NCBI GenBank assembly: GCA_951406725.2
Contig: OX597819.1
Coordinates: 42,842,001-42,906,000 of the forward strand
Origin: Octopus vulgaris
Lineage: Eukaryota
DNA length: 64,000 bases
Direction: 5' to 3'
Each line of letters opens with the position of its first letter. Position 1 is the first letter of the stretch. Below the pieces are notes generated by a model. That model saw only the letters and a program-made list of their open reading frames with translations, was not told the origin of the DNA and searched no databases. The position numbers and the translations under genes were made by a program. Below, piece by piece: positions 12,804 to 26,764 of this stretch.

Positions 12804-13262
12804 ATTTTAAAGAATCACACCCCACACCCCCACCACCAACAACAACGCCAACACCAACACCCACCCGGCACCCACACCTCATGTATTATTGATTAATATT
12901 TCAATTAGATTTTTGAATTGGCATGATTGTCTTCCTATTTCTTATGTAGAATAAAAATCATACATGGCATTAAAAAGAATAGCCGAATTTTAAAACATTA
13001 AGGTTATAAAATAAGCTCAATGTGAACACTGCAAATCATTTGCTTTTAATTACGTTGTTTCTCTTTAACGTCCATTATCTCTTGATGGCAAATGGGGGGG
13101 GGACAACAACAAAAAAACAAAAAGTAAAAAAAAAAACAAAACATTTTGCAATGTTATTGTAAAAGTAATGAAAAGAAAAGAAAAGTAATACTGATTAAGA
13201 TCACAAAATTTAATGCACTTCCATTTAAGGAATGGACAAATTCACAGTTCCCACGAAAAGAC

Positions 13263-13440
13263 TATATAAATATATATATATATATATATACACACACATA
13301 TATATATATATATATATACATACACACACACATATATATATATATATACACACACACATGTATACACATACATACTCACACACATTTATACACATATTTA
13401 CACATACATTTATACATGTATAGGTACACACACATAACAC
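13263..13440. repeat. Compound (TA)n/(CA)n microsatellite
   Basis: Directly visible. Similar tracts occur at 2530-2720, 19980-20021, 21410-21550, 29810-29895, 30585-30795 and 42310-42390. Confidence 0.95.
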
Positions 13441-13804
13441 ATTCATGGGACTTTGTTTACTATTAAACATTATAAACAGATGTTAGTTTCAAGAGAACAA
13501 GAGAAGAAAAACAACTACCAGCAATGTTGCCAACTAAGATGTGAATTGTCTAACATCAATATAAATATTAGTTCAATATAAGATTGGGCAACAGAAAACA
13601 TAGGACTGCAAGCTAGTCAGCTGGCATCTAACTTCTGGTGCCAATGTAAATACTGTAGATTGTCTCAATTAGGCTCTAACTGATTGTCGAAGTACATCAG
13701 TCTACTTTTAATCAATGACACAGAGTAGATGGATACAGTATGGGGGTATAAAGGAGAGGAAATGATTGCACCGTTTAAGATATATTTTAACAATTAAGAA
13801 GAAA

Positions 13805-14187
13805 CCAGGTGGTCTGTTTACATCCCCCGTAACTTAGCGGTTCAGCAAAAGAGACCGACCGATAGAATAAGTACTAGGCTTACAAAGAAGAAGTCCTGGG
13901 GTCGATTTGCTCGACTAAAGGCGGTGCTCCAGCATGGCCACAGTCACATGACTGAAACAAGTAAAAGAGTAAAGAGCATAATAAAAAAATATGTGTTTGT
14001 CCCCCTAGCATTGCTTGACAACTGATGCTGGTGTGTTTATGTCCCCGTTACTTAGCGGTTCGGCAAAAGAGACTGATAGAATAAGTACTGGGCTTACAAA
14101 AGAATAAGTCCCGGGGTTGAGTTGCTCGATTAAAGGCGGTGCTCCAGCATGGCCGCAGTCAAATGACTGAAAAGAGTAAAGAGTAAA
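13805..14187 (+). mobile_element. Two tandem 5'-truncated SINE family A 3' halves
   Basis: CTTAGCGGTTC.GCAAAAGAGAC...GGCGGTGCTCCAGCATGGCC occurs twice (13805-13975 and 13990-14187). Confidence 0.9.
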
Positions 14188-14194
14188 GGAGTAC

Positions 14195-14279
14195 TGTTTC
14201 TACTTCGCGGATTTTCATCTATTGTGCGGGTGAGTGGGGGGGGGGCATAACACCCACGCTAATTGAAGGATTACAGTAC
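14195..14279. mobile_element. Possible Tc1/pogo(Tigger)-type MITE right end
   Basis: CpG-containing CGCGGATTTTCA…CACCCACG…GAAGGATTACAGTA resembles …GAGGGATTACTGTA ends. No partner end is seen. Confidence 0.35.
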
Positions 14280-15194
14280 TCTCAACTTTGGTACTTGACC
14301 CTTAAGGTTGAAAGGCAAAGTGACCCTAGTGGATTTGAATTTAGGATGTAATGTACTGCAACGAATGCCACAAAACAATGTTTCTGATGCTCTAACGATT
14401 CTGCCAGCTTTTCACCTTGAATCAGATTCAAACAATATTGTATGCTCTGGAATATTGCATTAAAGAAACAGGAAATGAAAACAAGACCAATGAAGGAGAC
14501 TTATATGTAGTTACTTGACTTGCTAGAAATTGCAGCTAAACCTAAATATGCCAAATTGCTTTTAAGAAAAGATAGGACAGCCGTTGCTGGAATGTCATTT
14601 CAGTCGGGGCTAACCTAGGGCTATACAAAAGATACGCACACATGTATATACATGCATACATATACACACAACATACACATGTATACACACACACAGACAT
14701 ATATGCACAGATATTTATACATACACACACATATGTACATACACTCATATATACATATATGTCATAAATAAATGCTTAAAGACTTTTTTTTTTTTGCATT
14801 TCTCTAAAATTACATTAATTTTCATTTGAAATGAAACTCCTGGATTGACAATGAGGTGTGTAGTGGAGCTACATGGCAATGGCATTAAGAAACATCGCTG
14901 TAATATTTCTCTTTTGTTTGAATATGGTAATTCCTTCAGTTCCAAACCCTCCACCACCGCCCCACACACTTCTTACCAAAATAAAAAAAAAAAATGGGGG
15001 GAAGATGATGATGATAATAATAATAATAATAATAAATGCAAAACCTAAAATATAATAAAAAATATATATAAAAAAATCTGATAAGTTCTTTCTTCAGCAG
15101 CAACAATCAGATAGTGCCCAAAGAAAAAGACAGAAAGAAATAGTCAGCACTATTTCTAAAGGCGATGAAATAATTTATCACACTTTACCAAAAA

Positions 15195-15655
15195 AATAAA
15201 ATAAAATAATAATAATAAAAATAATAATAGCAATAATAATAATAATAATAATAATAACAATAATGAAAATGATGATGGTAATAATAAATATAAAATAAAA
15301 TAAAAAACTTGGAATGGAAAGAAATGCAAGAAATGTTATCAATAGCAGTGTAAGGAATGAAAAATCAAGAAACCCAAAAAATAGACAAAACAAAAAAAAA
15401 ACAAACAAAATAAGAATATAAAAGCTACTGTTGCTAGAAGTGGTGGTGGTGGTGGCATTGATGATGGTGCCGAAGCTGGCAACAAACATCTAAAATAAAA
15501 AGATCCTACAGCAATATAAGTAAAACAGTAGAATTTTAAGTTCTTAACATGAACAACAGCTTTAGCCAGTTCACATTCAGCTATATTATTATCATTATCC
15601 TTATTATTATTATTATCATTATCATTATTATTAATATTATTATTATCATTATCAT
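15195..15655. repeat. Opposed (AAT)n (15195-15300) and (ATT/ATC)n (15585-15655) tracts
   Basis: Directly visible trinucleotide tracts in inverted orientation. Confidence 0.9.
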
Positions 15656-16129
15656 AGACATTCATGTTGGTGTTTATTTTTTTTTAAAAAACAAACGCAC
15701 ACACACACAAACACGGACAGACGCACACATGCACGCAATGTTGCTATTGGCCCAAGACTAATATATCTGCATCATCCACATAAGCTAACAATACTTGGCA
15801 ATTGCCTTGCTTGCAAACAGTAAATATGCATGATGCATGCACCAGCCACAGACACATAAATATTTGCAATATAACTGCATCATATTAACAATTTCTTTTT
15901 AAATCAATATGCACAATGCAGCTGAAGCCGTGTATTGTATGCCCTGCATTAGGTTGCATCACAAGGGTGGGTGTGGTGATGGGAACTGGAAGGGTGGGGT
16001 GGGGGTGCGAAGGACAGGGGAAAGAATTCTCTCCTTGTAAGTTTGGTGTTCTAATATAACAAAAGAAAGCAAATTCATCTCTTCTAGTGGTGTGTGTGTG
16101 TATAACTCTCTCTCTAGATATATATATAA

Positions 16130-16358
16130 TTCTTTACTACCCACAAGGGGCTAAACATAGAGGGGACAAACAAGGACAGACAAAGGGATTAAGTCGATTA
16201 CATCGACCCCAGTGCGTAACTGCTACTTAATTTATCGACCCCCAAAAGGATGAAAGGCAAAGCTGACCTCGCCAGAATTTGAACTCAGAACGTATCGGCA
16301 GACGAAATACTGCTAAGCATTTCGCCCGGCATGCTAACGATTCTGCCAGCTCACTGCC
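16130..16358 (-). mobile_element. SINE family B, variant tail, young
   Basis: CpG-rich copy whose tail (…TTTAGCCCCTTGTGGGTAGTAAAGAA on minus) differs from the GCCTTGTGCC-type tail. Confidence 0.9.
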
Positions 16359-16749
16359 CCATACATACATACATATATATATTTACACACCCTGTCAATA
16401 TATGATGTGCTTCCTGCAGCTATAAGGGCTTGTTAGCTCTTATTTCTAGCAATGTAGGTGCTACCCTGCACCCTCAGTCACAACGAGTGACAATTGAATT
16501 TTTCCTTTTTGGTTTTATATTGTGTATAGTGCCTTCATTATTTTACACACACACAAACATACACATGCAGAGCTATTATCCTACTTCATATTCTTTACAT
16601 GGTATATCTGAAAGACAGAGGGACTGAGGGGGTGGGGAATCCATTAATTTTTAAGGGCTCTGAAATTCAGTTTATTGATGAAGGTTACATCATCACCCAT
16701 TGCCATTGATTTAACATCAACATTCTCTTCAGTCAAATAAGTTGGATGA

Positions 16750-16924
16750 ACGGATTAAGTCGATTACATCGACCTCAGTGCGTAACTGGTACTTAATTTA
16801 TCGACCCCAAAAGGATGAAAGGCAAAGTCGACCTCGGTGGAATTTGAACCCAGAATGTAACGGCAGACGAAATATGGCTACGCATTTCGCCCGGCGTGCT
16901 AACGTTTCTGCCAGTTCGCTGCCT
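16750..16924 (-). mobile_element. SINE family B, young, 3'-truncated
   Basis: Near identical to 16185-16358. Confidence 0.9.
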
Positions 16925-17343
16925 AAAAGAATAGCCCTAGCTCCTAGGTCCCCCTGAACCCATAAATGCAATTGTCTGAACCAAATGTTTTACTCCAAGT
17001 CTCTTCTAATTAGCTGATGTGCTATTTACAGGAAGCAGCAACATCTATTTGTAATGGCCCAAATATATTACATTATATTAAATCTTACACAGAAATATAT
17101 CCTTGTGTATTCACCCACTTCATTCCTATCATTGACAAGAGTTATGTAAGCAAAATTTCAAACAAATTGTGACACAAAATGACTATCTATAAACCATCAA
17201 CTGTTCAATAGTCTACAAATATATTAAATTTAAAGAATTTTTGAAACAGTTTTGAAACCCATGAAGAACATCAGTGACCTGGCTGTTGTGAATCCAAGCT
17301 CTAGTGAACATCCATAAGCGGAATACATTAAAAAAAAAAATGT

Positions 17344-17720
17344 TTGCAGGCATGGCTGTATGGTTAAGAAACTTGTTTCCTAGCCACGTGGTCTTGGGTT
17401 CAGTCCTACTATGTGGAACCTCAGGCATGTATCTTCTATTAGAGCCCCGAGCTGACCAAAGCCTTGTGAGTGGATTTTGGTAGATGGAAACTAAAAGAAG
17501 CCTGCTGTGTATGTGTATGCCTGTGCTTGTGTGCCCCCACTATCTCTCCACCACTTGACAACTGCTATTGATTTGTTTACATCCCAGTAACTTAGCAGTT
17601 TGGTAAAAGAGACTGACAGAATAACCACCAAACTTAAAAATAAGTACTGGGGTCGATTTGTTTAACTAAACCCTTTGAGGTGGTGCCCCAGTATGGCTGC
17701 AGTTTAATGATAAATAAAAA
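17344..17720 (+). mobile_element. SINE family A (older variant)
   Basis: Colinear with the 4773-5180 copy from head to tail. Confidence 0.85.
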
Positions 17721-18496
17721 AAAAAACAATATGTAAAAGAAGATATCAAACAACAACAACAGAGTACCAATATAATACTTGATCTACAGTGCCTTTGACT
17801 AGAGTCCTGAAGTGTTTACAGTATATACTAGAGATTTTGATGAAATGTAGTTAGGCCAATTATAAAAGAAGTCATAAAAATGTAACTAGTGCATGAATTT
17901 GAATAAAATTTGCTGATGTGATATAATGACAGTTATTGTTCGTCATAAATGTGGTTCTTACTCATTAAGTTTTACCTTTTGTCATGCCCTTTCACCTGAA
18001 ATGTTTTTGCTACACATCTACTACAATTATCCTTACCAGACAGAATGTGTACCAGCAAAGTGGTTTTTATTTATCTGTTTTTTTTTAAAATTTTTATTTT
18101 AAATACACATCATGACCCCTAGACTTATACTTCCATTCTATTTGTAATTTTTCCATCAATTTCTCCATTCCTCTCCAGTGAACTGCAATGCAAAATTTTA
18201 ATAATTCTAAAGTAATGTATCATTTTTATACTTAGTACCTATGCTATTAAGAAAGTTAGCTTTCTGGTACATATGTCAGCACAATATTTAATACAGGAGC
18301 ACAGTAACATAACATGTAATGAACAAAGCTAGATGGAACCGAAGCAAGAAAGATTTTATATAGAGTGATGTCCTGCACTCCATAATGTAAAAACCACTGT
18401 AAGAATGAGTATGAGTAAAGCATGGGGTGAGAGTTAGAAAGATATAGAGATTGGGGGGAATTAAAGAAAGGACAGTAAAAAGGCCAAAAGAGAGAT

Positions 18497-18878
18497 ATTC
18501 TTTATTCTTTTATTTGTTTCAGTCATTTGACTGCGGCCATGCTGGAGCAAATTGCCCCTGGGACTTATTCTTTTGTAAGCCCAGTACTTATTCTATCGGT
18601 CTATTTTGCCAAACCGCTAAGTGACAGGGACGTAAACACACCAGCATCGGTTGTCAAGCAATGCTAGGGGGACAAACATAGACATACAAACACACACACA
18701 TATATATATATATATGACAGGCTTCTTTCAGTTTCCGTCTACCAAATCCACTCACAAGGCATTGGTCGGCCTGGGGCTATAGCAGAAGACACTTGCCCAA
18801 GATGCCACGCAGTGGGACTGAGCCCGGAACCATGTGGTTGGTTAGCAAGCTACTTACCACACAGCCACTCCTGCGCCT
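18497..18878 (-). mobile_element. SINE family A, full length, young
   Basis: Reverse complement is nearly identical to 42651-43060 and CpGs are retained. Confidence 0.92.
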
Positions 18879-19266
18879 ATATGTGGAAATGAGATGAAGA
18901 AGAATGTTTAAAAAACAACAGCTATCTGTATACGTGTATGTATACAGATATAGTCAAGTCAAAAAAACTGGTTGATTATTAATCACAATGAACAGAGATG
19001 TAATAGATAAGAAGAGCTACTTGTCAACTGGGACAGAAATTTTGTTACCATCACAGAACCAACCCTTACCCCACATCTAACCACTCCCTACCAATGCAAC
19101 ATTTCACTCATCATTATCATACTAATACAACACTCCAGTAACTACTACTACTACACATATCATTACTCTACCAATACAACACCCAACCATCTACCAATAT
19201 GACTACTAATATACCGCATATGCCATTATTATTATTATTATTGTTGTTGTTGTTGTTGTTGCTGCT

Positions 19267-19520
19267 AAAGTGGTAAGCTGGCAGAAGTGTTAGCAAGCCG
19301 GGCAAAACGCTTAGTGGCATTTCATCCACCTTGATGTTTTGAGTTCCAATTCCACCGAGGTCGGCTTTGACTTTCATCCTTTCAGAGTCAATGAAAATAC
19401 GTACCGGTTGAGTACTAGCGTCGATGTAATCAACTAATAACACCCACCAACCCCACCACCACCACCACACAAGATTTCAGGACTTGTGCTTTTAGTAGAA
19501 AGGATTATTATTATTATTAT
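19267..19520 (+). mobile_element. SINE family B flanked by (ATT)n tracts
   Basis: AAGCTGGCAGAAG head, GAGTTCCAATTCC B-box-like motif and a GTAGAAAGGATTATT(ATT)n tail. Confidence 0.88.
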
Positions 19521-19976
19521 TATTGCTGCTGCTATAACTGCAACAACAATATCCCACCCATCACAGTTTACTTACTACTAGATAGATCCACCCTGAAACC
19601 ACATTGCACACCCACTTCATCCACTATCCACCAAAAACAAAACAAAAAAAACACACTATGGCGGCACTAAACAAGTAAATAGTTATTGAAAGAGGAACGA
19701 AGAAAAAACAAAAATGACCATTTTTCTTTTCTTTTCTTTTTTTTTTTTTTAATACTTTGCCTTTATCTCAGAAGCCAACAGTGCTGTTATCTCTAATATT
19801 TTAACACACAGGAGCTACATACATTTTAATCAAGATCTTTAGACTGGCTGCTTTAAGCATATTGTAACCAAATATTATAAATAACTTTTTAATGAGCACA
19901 CTGTTAATTATATTAAAAGAATCTTGCTTGTTTTATTATTACACACAAGAGATGAAGTGTATAGACATGGCACTCG

Positions 19977-20023
<47 letters not shown>

Positions 20024-20459
20024 GATAGATGAATTGGGTAGGGAGGTGACTCCAAGACAGCTACATTCTGAAAAAGGAGCCACCAGACCTACACTGGCTT
20101 CTGTTAATTTTATTTAAGACTAAGTTGTTTTATAAATGCAATAAAGAGATGAATGCATGCACACACACACACGCACACACATTACTGGGTGCAGGCGTAG
20201 CCATGCAGTTAAGGAGTTTGCTTTCCTTTATGATTACATAAATTTGGGCTCAATCTCACTAGATACTACCAGTGCTATCTTGGGGCATGAGCACACTGGC
20301 AGCTGCAGGTGACCTGATATATCTAATGATCCAATTGTGATCTATGTATGTTATTGCTTGCGGCCAATGAATATATACTATAGGGCCCACTGTATTCATT
20401 TTTCTGAACGCCTATAACACTGCTAAGATAGCCCTGCACATCGCCATAACTTTTGGTCC

Positions 20460-20578
20460 TGTGAATAAAATTTTGTGGGCAAAAACTGCATGAAAGCTCA
20501 ATAGAGGGACGGATTTCTGTGAATGAAATTTTGTAGGCAGAAATTGTATGAAAGCTCAGTAGAGAAGGAAATATCTGT
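20460..20578 (+). repeat. Two-copy ~59-bp tandem repeat (SINE-A-derived unit)
   Basis: TGTGAAT(A/G)AAATTTTGT(G/A)GGCA(A/G)AAA(C/T)TG(C/T)ATGAAAGCTCA(A/G)TAGAG occurs twice. Confidence 0.85.
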
Positions 20579-20784
20579 TTCAGGGTGGTAGAATTAATCT
20601 ATCACTTTTTAAATATTATCATTTGGCTAGCAGAGTTCATCCTATCGTTGACATTCAAGCCAGGTCTCTGGTCTTGCAGATAACTTTGTCCCTTCTTTGT
20701 ATCAGTCACAGAAACTGAAAAGATGACTACTGCTTCCTATCCTCCTGACTAATCCATTGCGAAAAAAAAAAGTATACATATTAT

Positions 20785-20946
20785 AGGCACAGGAGTGGCT
20801 GTGTGGTAAGTAGCTTGCTTACCAACCACATGTTTCTAGGTTCAGTCCCACTGCATGGCACCTTGGGCAAGTGTCTTCTACTATAGCCACAGGCAGATCA
20901 AAGTCGTGTGAGTGGATTTGGTGGATGGAAACTGAAAAAGCTCGCC

Positions 20947-20991
<45 letters not shown>

Positions 20992-21200
20992 CACACATAC
21001 GCTTGTGTGTCAGTGTTTGTCCCCCCACCATCGTTTGACAATCGATGTCGATGTGTTTACATCCTTGTAACTTAGCAGTTCGGCAGAAGAGACCAATAGA
21101 ATACTACGCTTACAAAGAATAAGTCCTGGGGTCGATTTGTTCAACTGAAGGCGGTACTCCAGCATGGCTGCAGTCAAATGACTGAAACAAATAAACGAAT
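20785..21200 (+). mobile_element. SINE family A, full length, with expanded (TA)n
   Basis: GGCACAGGAGTGGCTGTGTGGTAAG head, long internal (TA)n and canonical tail. Confidence 0.92.
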
Positions 21201-21483
21201 ACATAATGTACCATTCCGTTGTTGGCAAGAACAACAACAACAAAAAGGCACTTTATCAAGTGAGAAATAAATATAAATAAACACAGGATTTAAATGGGAG
21301 CTACTCTAAGTTTCATGCTCCAATTGTACAGTAGTTGAACAAGCTTATATAGCTTGCTCTGTACTATCCTGTAATCTTTCAAGCTTTGTTAGCTTCTTCT
21401 CTGAACTGTATATACACACATACATACATACATATATATATATATATGGTGGTATCTCGTAGATACCCTAATTTATAATTTTA

Positions 21484-21535
<52 letters not shown>

Positions 21536-22831
21536 GTGCACACACACACATTTGGAGTTTGCATGCAGATATGGTCAATACCTAGTGATATTTATGCCTA
21601 TATTAATACAGACTATTTGGTTGCCAAAGGACTAAACATTGGTAGAGAATAGGTAGGTAAAATACACGTTTGAAGAGACCCATTACAAAGCTAGTGTTTA
21701 TTTTATTGATACTCTAAATGCTAGAGATAATTCTGGCAGGACTTGATCTTGGAATGATGAGAAGACTATTGGATACAGCAAGACTTCAAATCTACTTTTG
21801 CTGTACTTCTTCTTTCACTCCAACACTCTAGTAGTTTATGTTTGTCACACATTTTGGAGAGAGTACAGTCTTATTCCCAGTATTTTACTGATACTTAAAT
21901 ACTGAACTGGAAGGATGAATGGCCAAGTTAACTTCAGTGTGATTTGAACTCTGAGTGTACATAAGGGTACATGCCAAACATATAGTCCAATGTTCCACCC
22001 ACCTATTCTGCAGATCAGCTGCATTTTATATGAAATATAAAAATCCCCAGAGAATTTTTAACTAATGGAAAGAAAACCCAGGGATAGAAACAGGGATGAG
22101 CATTGTAAGGGTTGGTGGAGACCCTATCCACCCTCATCCTGCTACTTTAAATAGCTGTTTGATAACTGTAATCTCAGTCACAAAGAAATTTGAAAGAAAT
22201 TGACCAGCACATTATTTGTCTTGGACAGTTGGCTCCATTCTACAAAGCAATAGCAACTCAGTGTAATTGTTAACTATAGATGTAGACTGAGAAATGGGTG
22301 ACAGAGAGAGAAAGAGAAAGATAGGTAAAGAGATAAAAGCTAGAGAAAAGGATGAAGATGAAGGGGAGGAGGAGGAGGCAAAGGATGAAAGGAAGAGAGG
22401 GGAATAAAGAGTGGGACAGAAAGGCTGAGAGATAAAGAATCTGTGAGCCTCATGTGTGGCCAGTCACCACTGCTGACAGCTCTTCATGTTGCCTGAGAGG
22501 AAGACCTCCCTCCCCCTGCCCCCCACCTTTACATTTCTACTCCCCAGATAGCAAACCTTAATCAAATGTTCATGCTTCATTCTCATTGAATAGATGACAC
22601 TTATCAAATGAAGCAATTCTTTCCAACAGGAACATTGAACTGAAACCAGTCAGGCATGAGAAGATATGCTCTAAAGGCCATTTAAGGTAACAGATACTGA
22701 ACTAGCACCTATAAATCACAGCCACACAAGAATGTAAGAAATAAATCAACAACTAGTTCTGTCCAAGAGCTAGTGCTCCATTCCACCCTCATGACCAGCC
22801 ACTCCCCATCATTACCTTCATTACCACAACA

Positions 22832-22862
<31 letters not shown>

Positions 22863-23139
22863 CAACAACAATCACCATCCACACCATTATGATTCTAACA
22901 AGCTTTAAACCCTCTCCTACATCTCTGTCCATACTGCCAATCAGCATTCAGCAGTGGAGAGAAATATGATATAATACACTGATAGCATATACCTTACAAC
23001 TGCTTCAAATACCATTTTAATGAGATTACACTAAAGCATATATTTTGAATTCAAACTCATTGAATCTTAGTCTTTTCTGGTTGGTTTAGCAACACAAGAC
23101 TTTAAAACTCTTTCAGGTTCCTGATGAAAGACTGAGAAG

Positions 23140-23730
23140 GAACAAGGTAGGACATGGAATGGTGGGCTAGGATGGAATCCACCTAAGCAAATGTTGAATT
23201 ATATTTACAGAGAAATTTATAAGAATCAGGTAATAATAATCTTGAAAGATGGATGGGTCTGAAGAGAGGTGTTTGTAAGGAGACAGGGAAAAAGATAAAG
23301 GAAAATGTGATGTAAAAGTGTAAAAGGGAAAGAAGGGAAGATTTAGAAGAGAAGGTGAGAAATGTAGTGAGAGGAGTTAAATTAAATAGGTTAGAGAGAG
23401 AGAGATGGAGTGAATGCATAGTGAGTAATGAGGGAAATGAAGACAAAGAGGGTGTGCAAGAAGGAAACACAAAGGCAGTTTGAGAGAAAAGGAATGAATG
23501 TGGTCAAGATGGAAAGAAACAAAAATGAAAAGAAGCAAACAATGATGAAATAGAATGAAAACTGAGATGGGTGGATGAATAAAGGGGAGAATAAAAGGGT
23601 TTAGAATGAGAGAGAGGAGGGGGAGAAGAGAGGAGGGGTAGATTAGGAAAAGGAAAGCAAAATCTGGAGATATGTTGGCTGAAGAAAGATGAGGAAAAGC
23701 TGAAGGAGTAAAATCAGAGAATAAGATAGA
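23140..23730 (+). repeat. Degenerate polypurine (GA-rich) tract
   Basis: A/G dominated and almost C-free. Confidence 0.85.
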
Positions 23731-24903
23731 TGGCTTTTAATAATAGCAATTTGAAATATGAACAGCAATATAAGTCAATTTGTAAATAAATAATAAGCAA
23801 GAAAAATGTTCACTTTGCAGCATCAGAACCATTGGTCTTCTAATTACATGCTTCTCTTTAATCAATTTAATTAAGTTAGGTGGGTGGGGCTATTATAAAA
23901 TATGGTGATATCTTTTCCTTCTCCCCTCATGTGTCAAGAATCACAATCAATTCAGATTTCAGATTTTCCAAAAGAAACCAAGTTAAAGAGTAGAGATGAA
24001 AGGGGTCAGAATGGCAACAGCAGTAGTAGTAACAGTAATAATAAAAAAAACAAAAACTATACTGGCTCTCACTGAAGCTACTACTGACAGCAGAATTCAA
24101 CTCATTTCTTTTCAGTTTTCAGAAATGAAATGTTTTCAACTCTGTATCTTAGTATGGAGGAGTTTGCTAAACTACCCAAAGTATCATTCCCTTCGCTTCA
24201 CACATCCCCCTAAATTAAGATATACAGTTTTAAGCCCCCTTGTTTGTCTGCCCCCCCCCCCCGCCAACTCTCTTGAAAGGATTAGTAAAAAAAAGGGAAA
24301 AACATTTACTAGGCTATCATGTTTACAAAAACACAGTATTATACGCAAGCATTCATGTCTGCAAATTCGTATATATATATCAACACACACACACACATGT
24401 CCTTATAGTAATGATAGAAATGAAGTACAAGTTTGTTGTTAAAGTAGTTCCTTATATAGTTAATCAAACATCTACTTGAAGCAGCTAACAGTAGTTATCA
24501 CGCAATCTAGAGATTCTAGAAAGTAAAAAGCATCATCAAAAAGTGACAGCTGAAATAGGCTGCAGGAGATTTTCTATGGATTCTGAAATAGTTTATTTTA
24601 TGGCTAAAATAGTCGGGTTAGAAAACAGCAGAGGCAACAATAGAACTTCCCTCGCAGTGTATATAACCAAAACCAGACATACAGGAGTGTAAGCAAAAAT
24701 GATTGACCAAATATCTTAGAGACAAGGTTTTCATTTTAACAAACTGGCATTTGTTGTAGTGCCAGGGGAGTGTGAAAATGATTGTATTTGTTAACAGTAG
24801 ATGAGAGTTTAAATCTCTCAAGGTTTATGAACACCAATAAGTCCATTACAAAATGTGAGGCTACTGACCACGACAGTCTATTGATAAACACACTTTTAGA
24901 CAT

Positions 24904-25286
24904 TACTTTTACTTGTTTCAGTCATTTGACTGCGGCCATGCTGGAGCACTGCCTTTAGTCAAGCAAATCGACCATAGGATTTATTCTTTGTAAGCCTAGT
25001 ACATATTCTATCAGACTCTTTTGCCGAACTGCTAAGTTACGGGGATGTAAACACACCAGCATTAGTTGTCAAGCGATGATAGGGGGACAGACACAGACAC
25101 GCACACACACATATATACATATATACGACGGGCTTCTTTCAGTTTCCGTCTACCAAATCCACTCAAGGCTTTGGTCGGTCCAAGGCTATTGTAGAAGACA
25201 CTCGCCCAAGGTGCCATGCAGTGGGACAGAACCTGGAACCATGTGGTTGGTAAGCAAGCTACTTACCACACAGCCATTCCTGCACC
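24904..25286 (-). mobile_element. SINE family A, full length
   Basis: Reverse-complement match to the family from head to tail. Confidence 0.92.
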
Positions 25287-25789
25287 ATCACACACATGAA
25301 GAAGTCATTCATACAGTTACTAGATTGCATAAAACAGCAGCTAAATCTCCCTCAAATCACACCATACTGTGTCCCCCACCCCCACTATATATGCCCACAT
25401 TTTACCAGTCACTGTATACCCCCCACACACACATTCCTTGCATTCATTTAAAGTCTCTACTCACTACTCATGCACCTTGGCAATACCCTACCACTTTGCC
25501 ACCACTTATTTCTCCCTGGCTCTTCTCTACCATCCTATTTATATTCTGACCCCTGTTCCTTGTGAGTATACCCTGGCACTTCATCACCATCTCTCTTGCA
25601 CTTTTCTTCTTGCTCTATGTCTCAGACTAGTTAACCAGGCGACACACCCGCTACTGGCCTCAGTCTTGATCACCCCTTCTATTTCTCTCACCAGATAACC
25701 ATATGTCTCCTCAACAGTAAGACACCTGTTTCTGACTTCTTGTCACACTAACCTTTCAGCATCTGGCACAAAATCACATCTTCCAACAC

Positions 25790-26092
25790 CCGGTGACCCT
25801 GCCAGTGCTGGTGCCATGTAAAAAGCATTCAGTCCACACTGTAGAGTGGTTGGCATCTGGAAGGGCTTCCAACTGTAAAAATACCATGCCAAAACTGATC
25901 ATTCCCTGTGTTGGTGCCACGTAAAAAGCATTCAGTTCACTCTGCAGAGTGGCTGGTGTTAGGAAGGGCACCCAGCCATAAAAAAAAAACATGCCAAAAT
26001 AGACAATGAAGCATGGTGCAGTCTTCTGCCTAGCCAGCTCCAGTCAAACTGTTCAACCCACGGAAAGCAGACATTAAATGATGATGATGATA
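25790..26092 (+). mobile_element. Family C retroposon (RTE-related motif, (GAT)n tail) with an internal ~105-bp duplication
   Basis: GGTGCCA(T/C)GTAAAAAGCATTCAG...GGAAGGGC occurs twice, and the element ends GACATTAAATGATGATGATGAT. The AGGAAGGGCATCC motif recalls RTE-clade LINE UTRs (from recall). Confidence 0.75.
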
Positions 26093-26764
26093 CATATATG
26101 CATATATCTACACACATATATATGTACATGTGTATGTATGTATGTATGTATGCATGCATGTAATGTATGTGTATATATATAGGAGGACACATCAAAATAA
26201 TGTAGTCTGAGAAACACAGCCAGAATTCCTTTGATCATAAATCTGCTCGAACAGGGCCAATCTCCAAGAGCTAAACAACATAAGTACCAAAAATAGACCT
26301 AAAAAAACTCCAAATTACTTGCAAGCATTTTATGTATACATGTTCAAATGAAACCAATAAATTTGATGTTTGGTGTTTGTGTATCTCTTTCAAAATCACT
26401 AATTAATTTACTTATCATCAAATTATATTCTAATCAAGATATGCAGATTTGTTTGTTTACTTTTCTAGTGAATCACTGAACTTGTCAGCCTTGGAAACTA
26501 ACAACCAAAAAGGGGACGGATGTAGTAATTAAAGAATGAATATTATTTACTACTAAGCAAAATAGTAACATTTATATCCCTGTAACACTGTAAATGCATC
26601 ATCCAACATTGGTATCAAGGAATAATGGTCCATTTTGTTTGAATAACAAAACTGCGTTTTTTTTGAGTCATGATAGAATGAAAGACAGCTTCAGATAAAT
26701 GAATAAATGCCAAATGTTCTGATTATTCTCCAAAACCATTTGTAAATTCAAGCAGATACACAAG

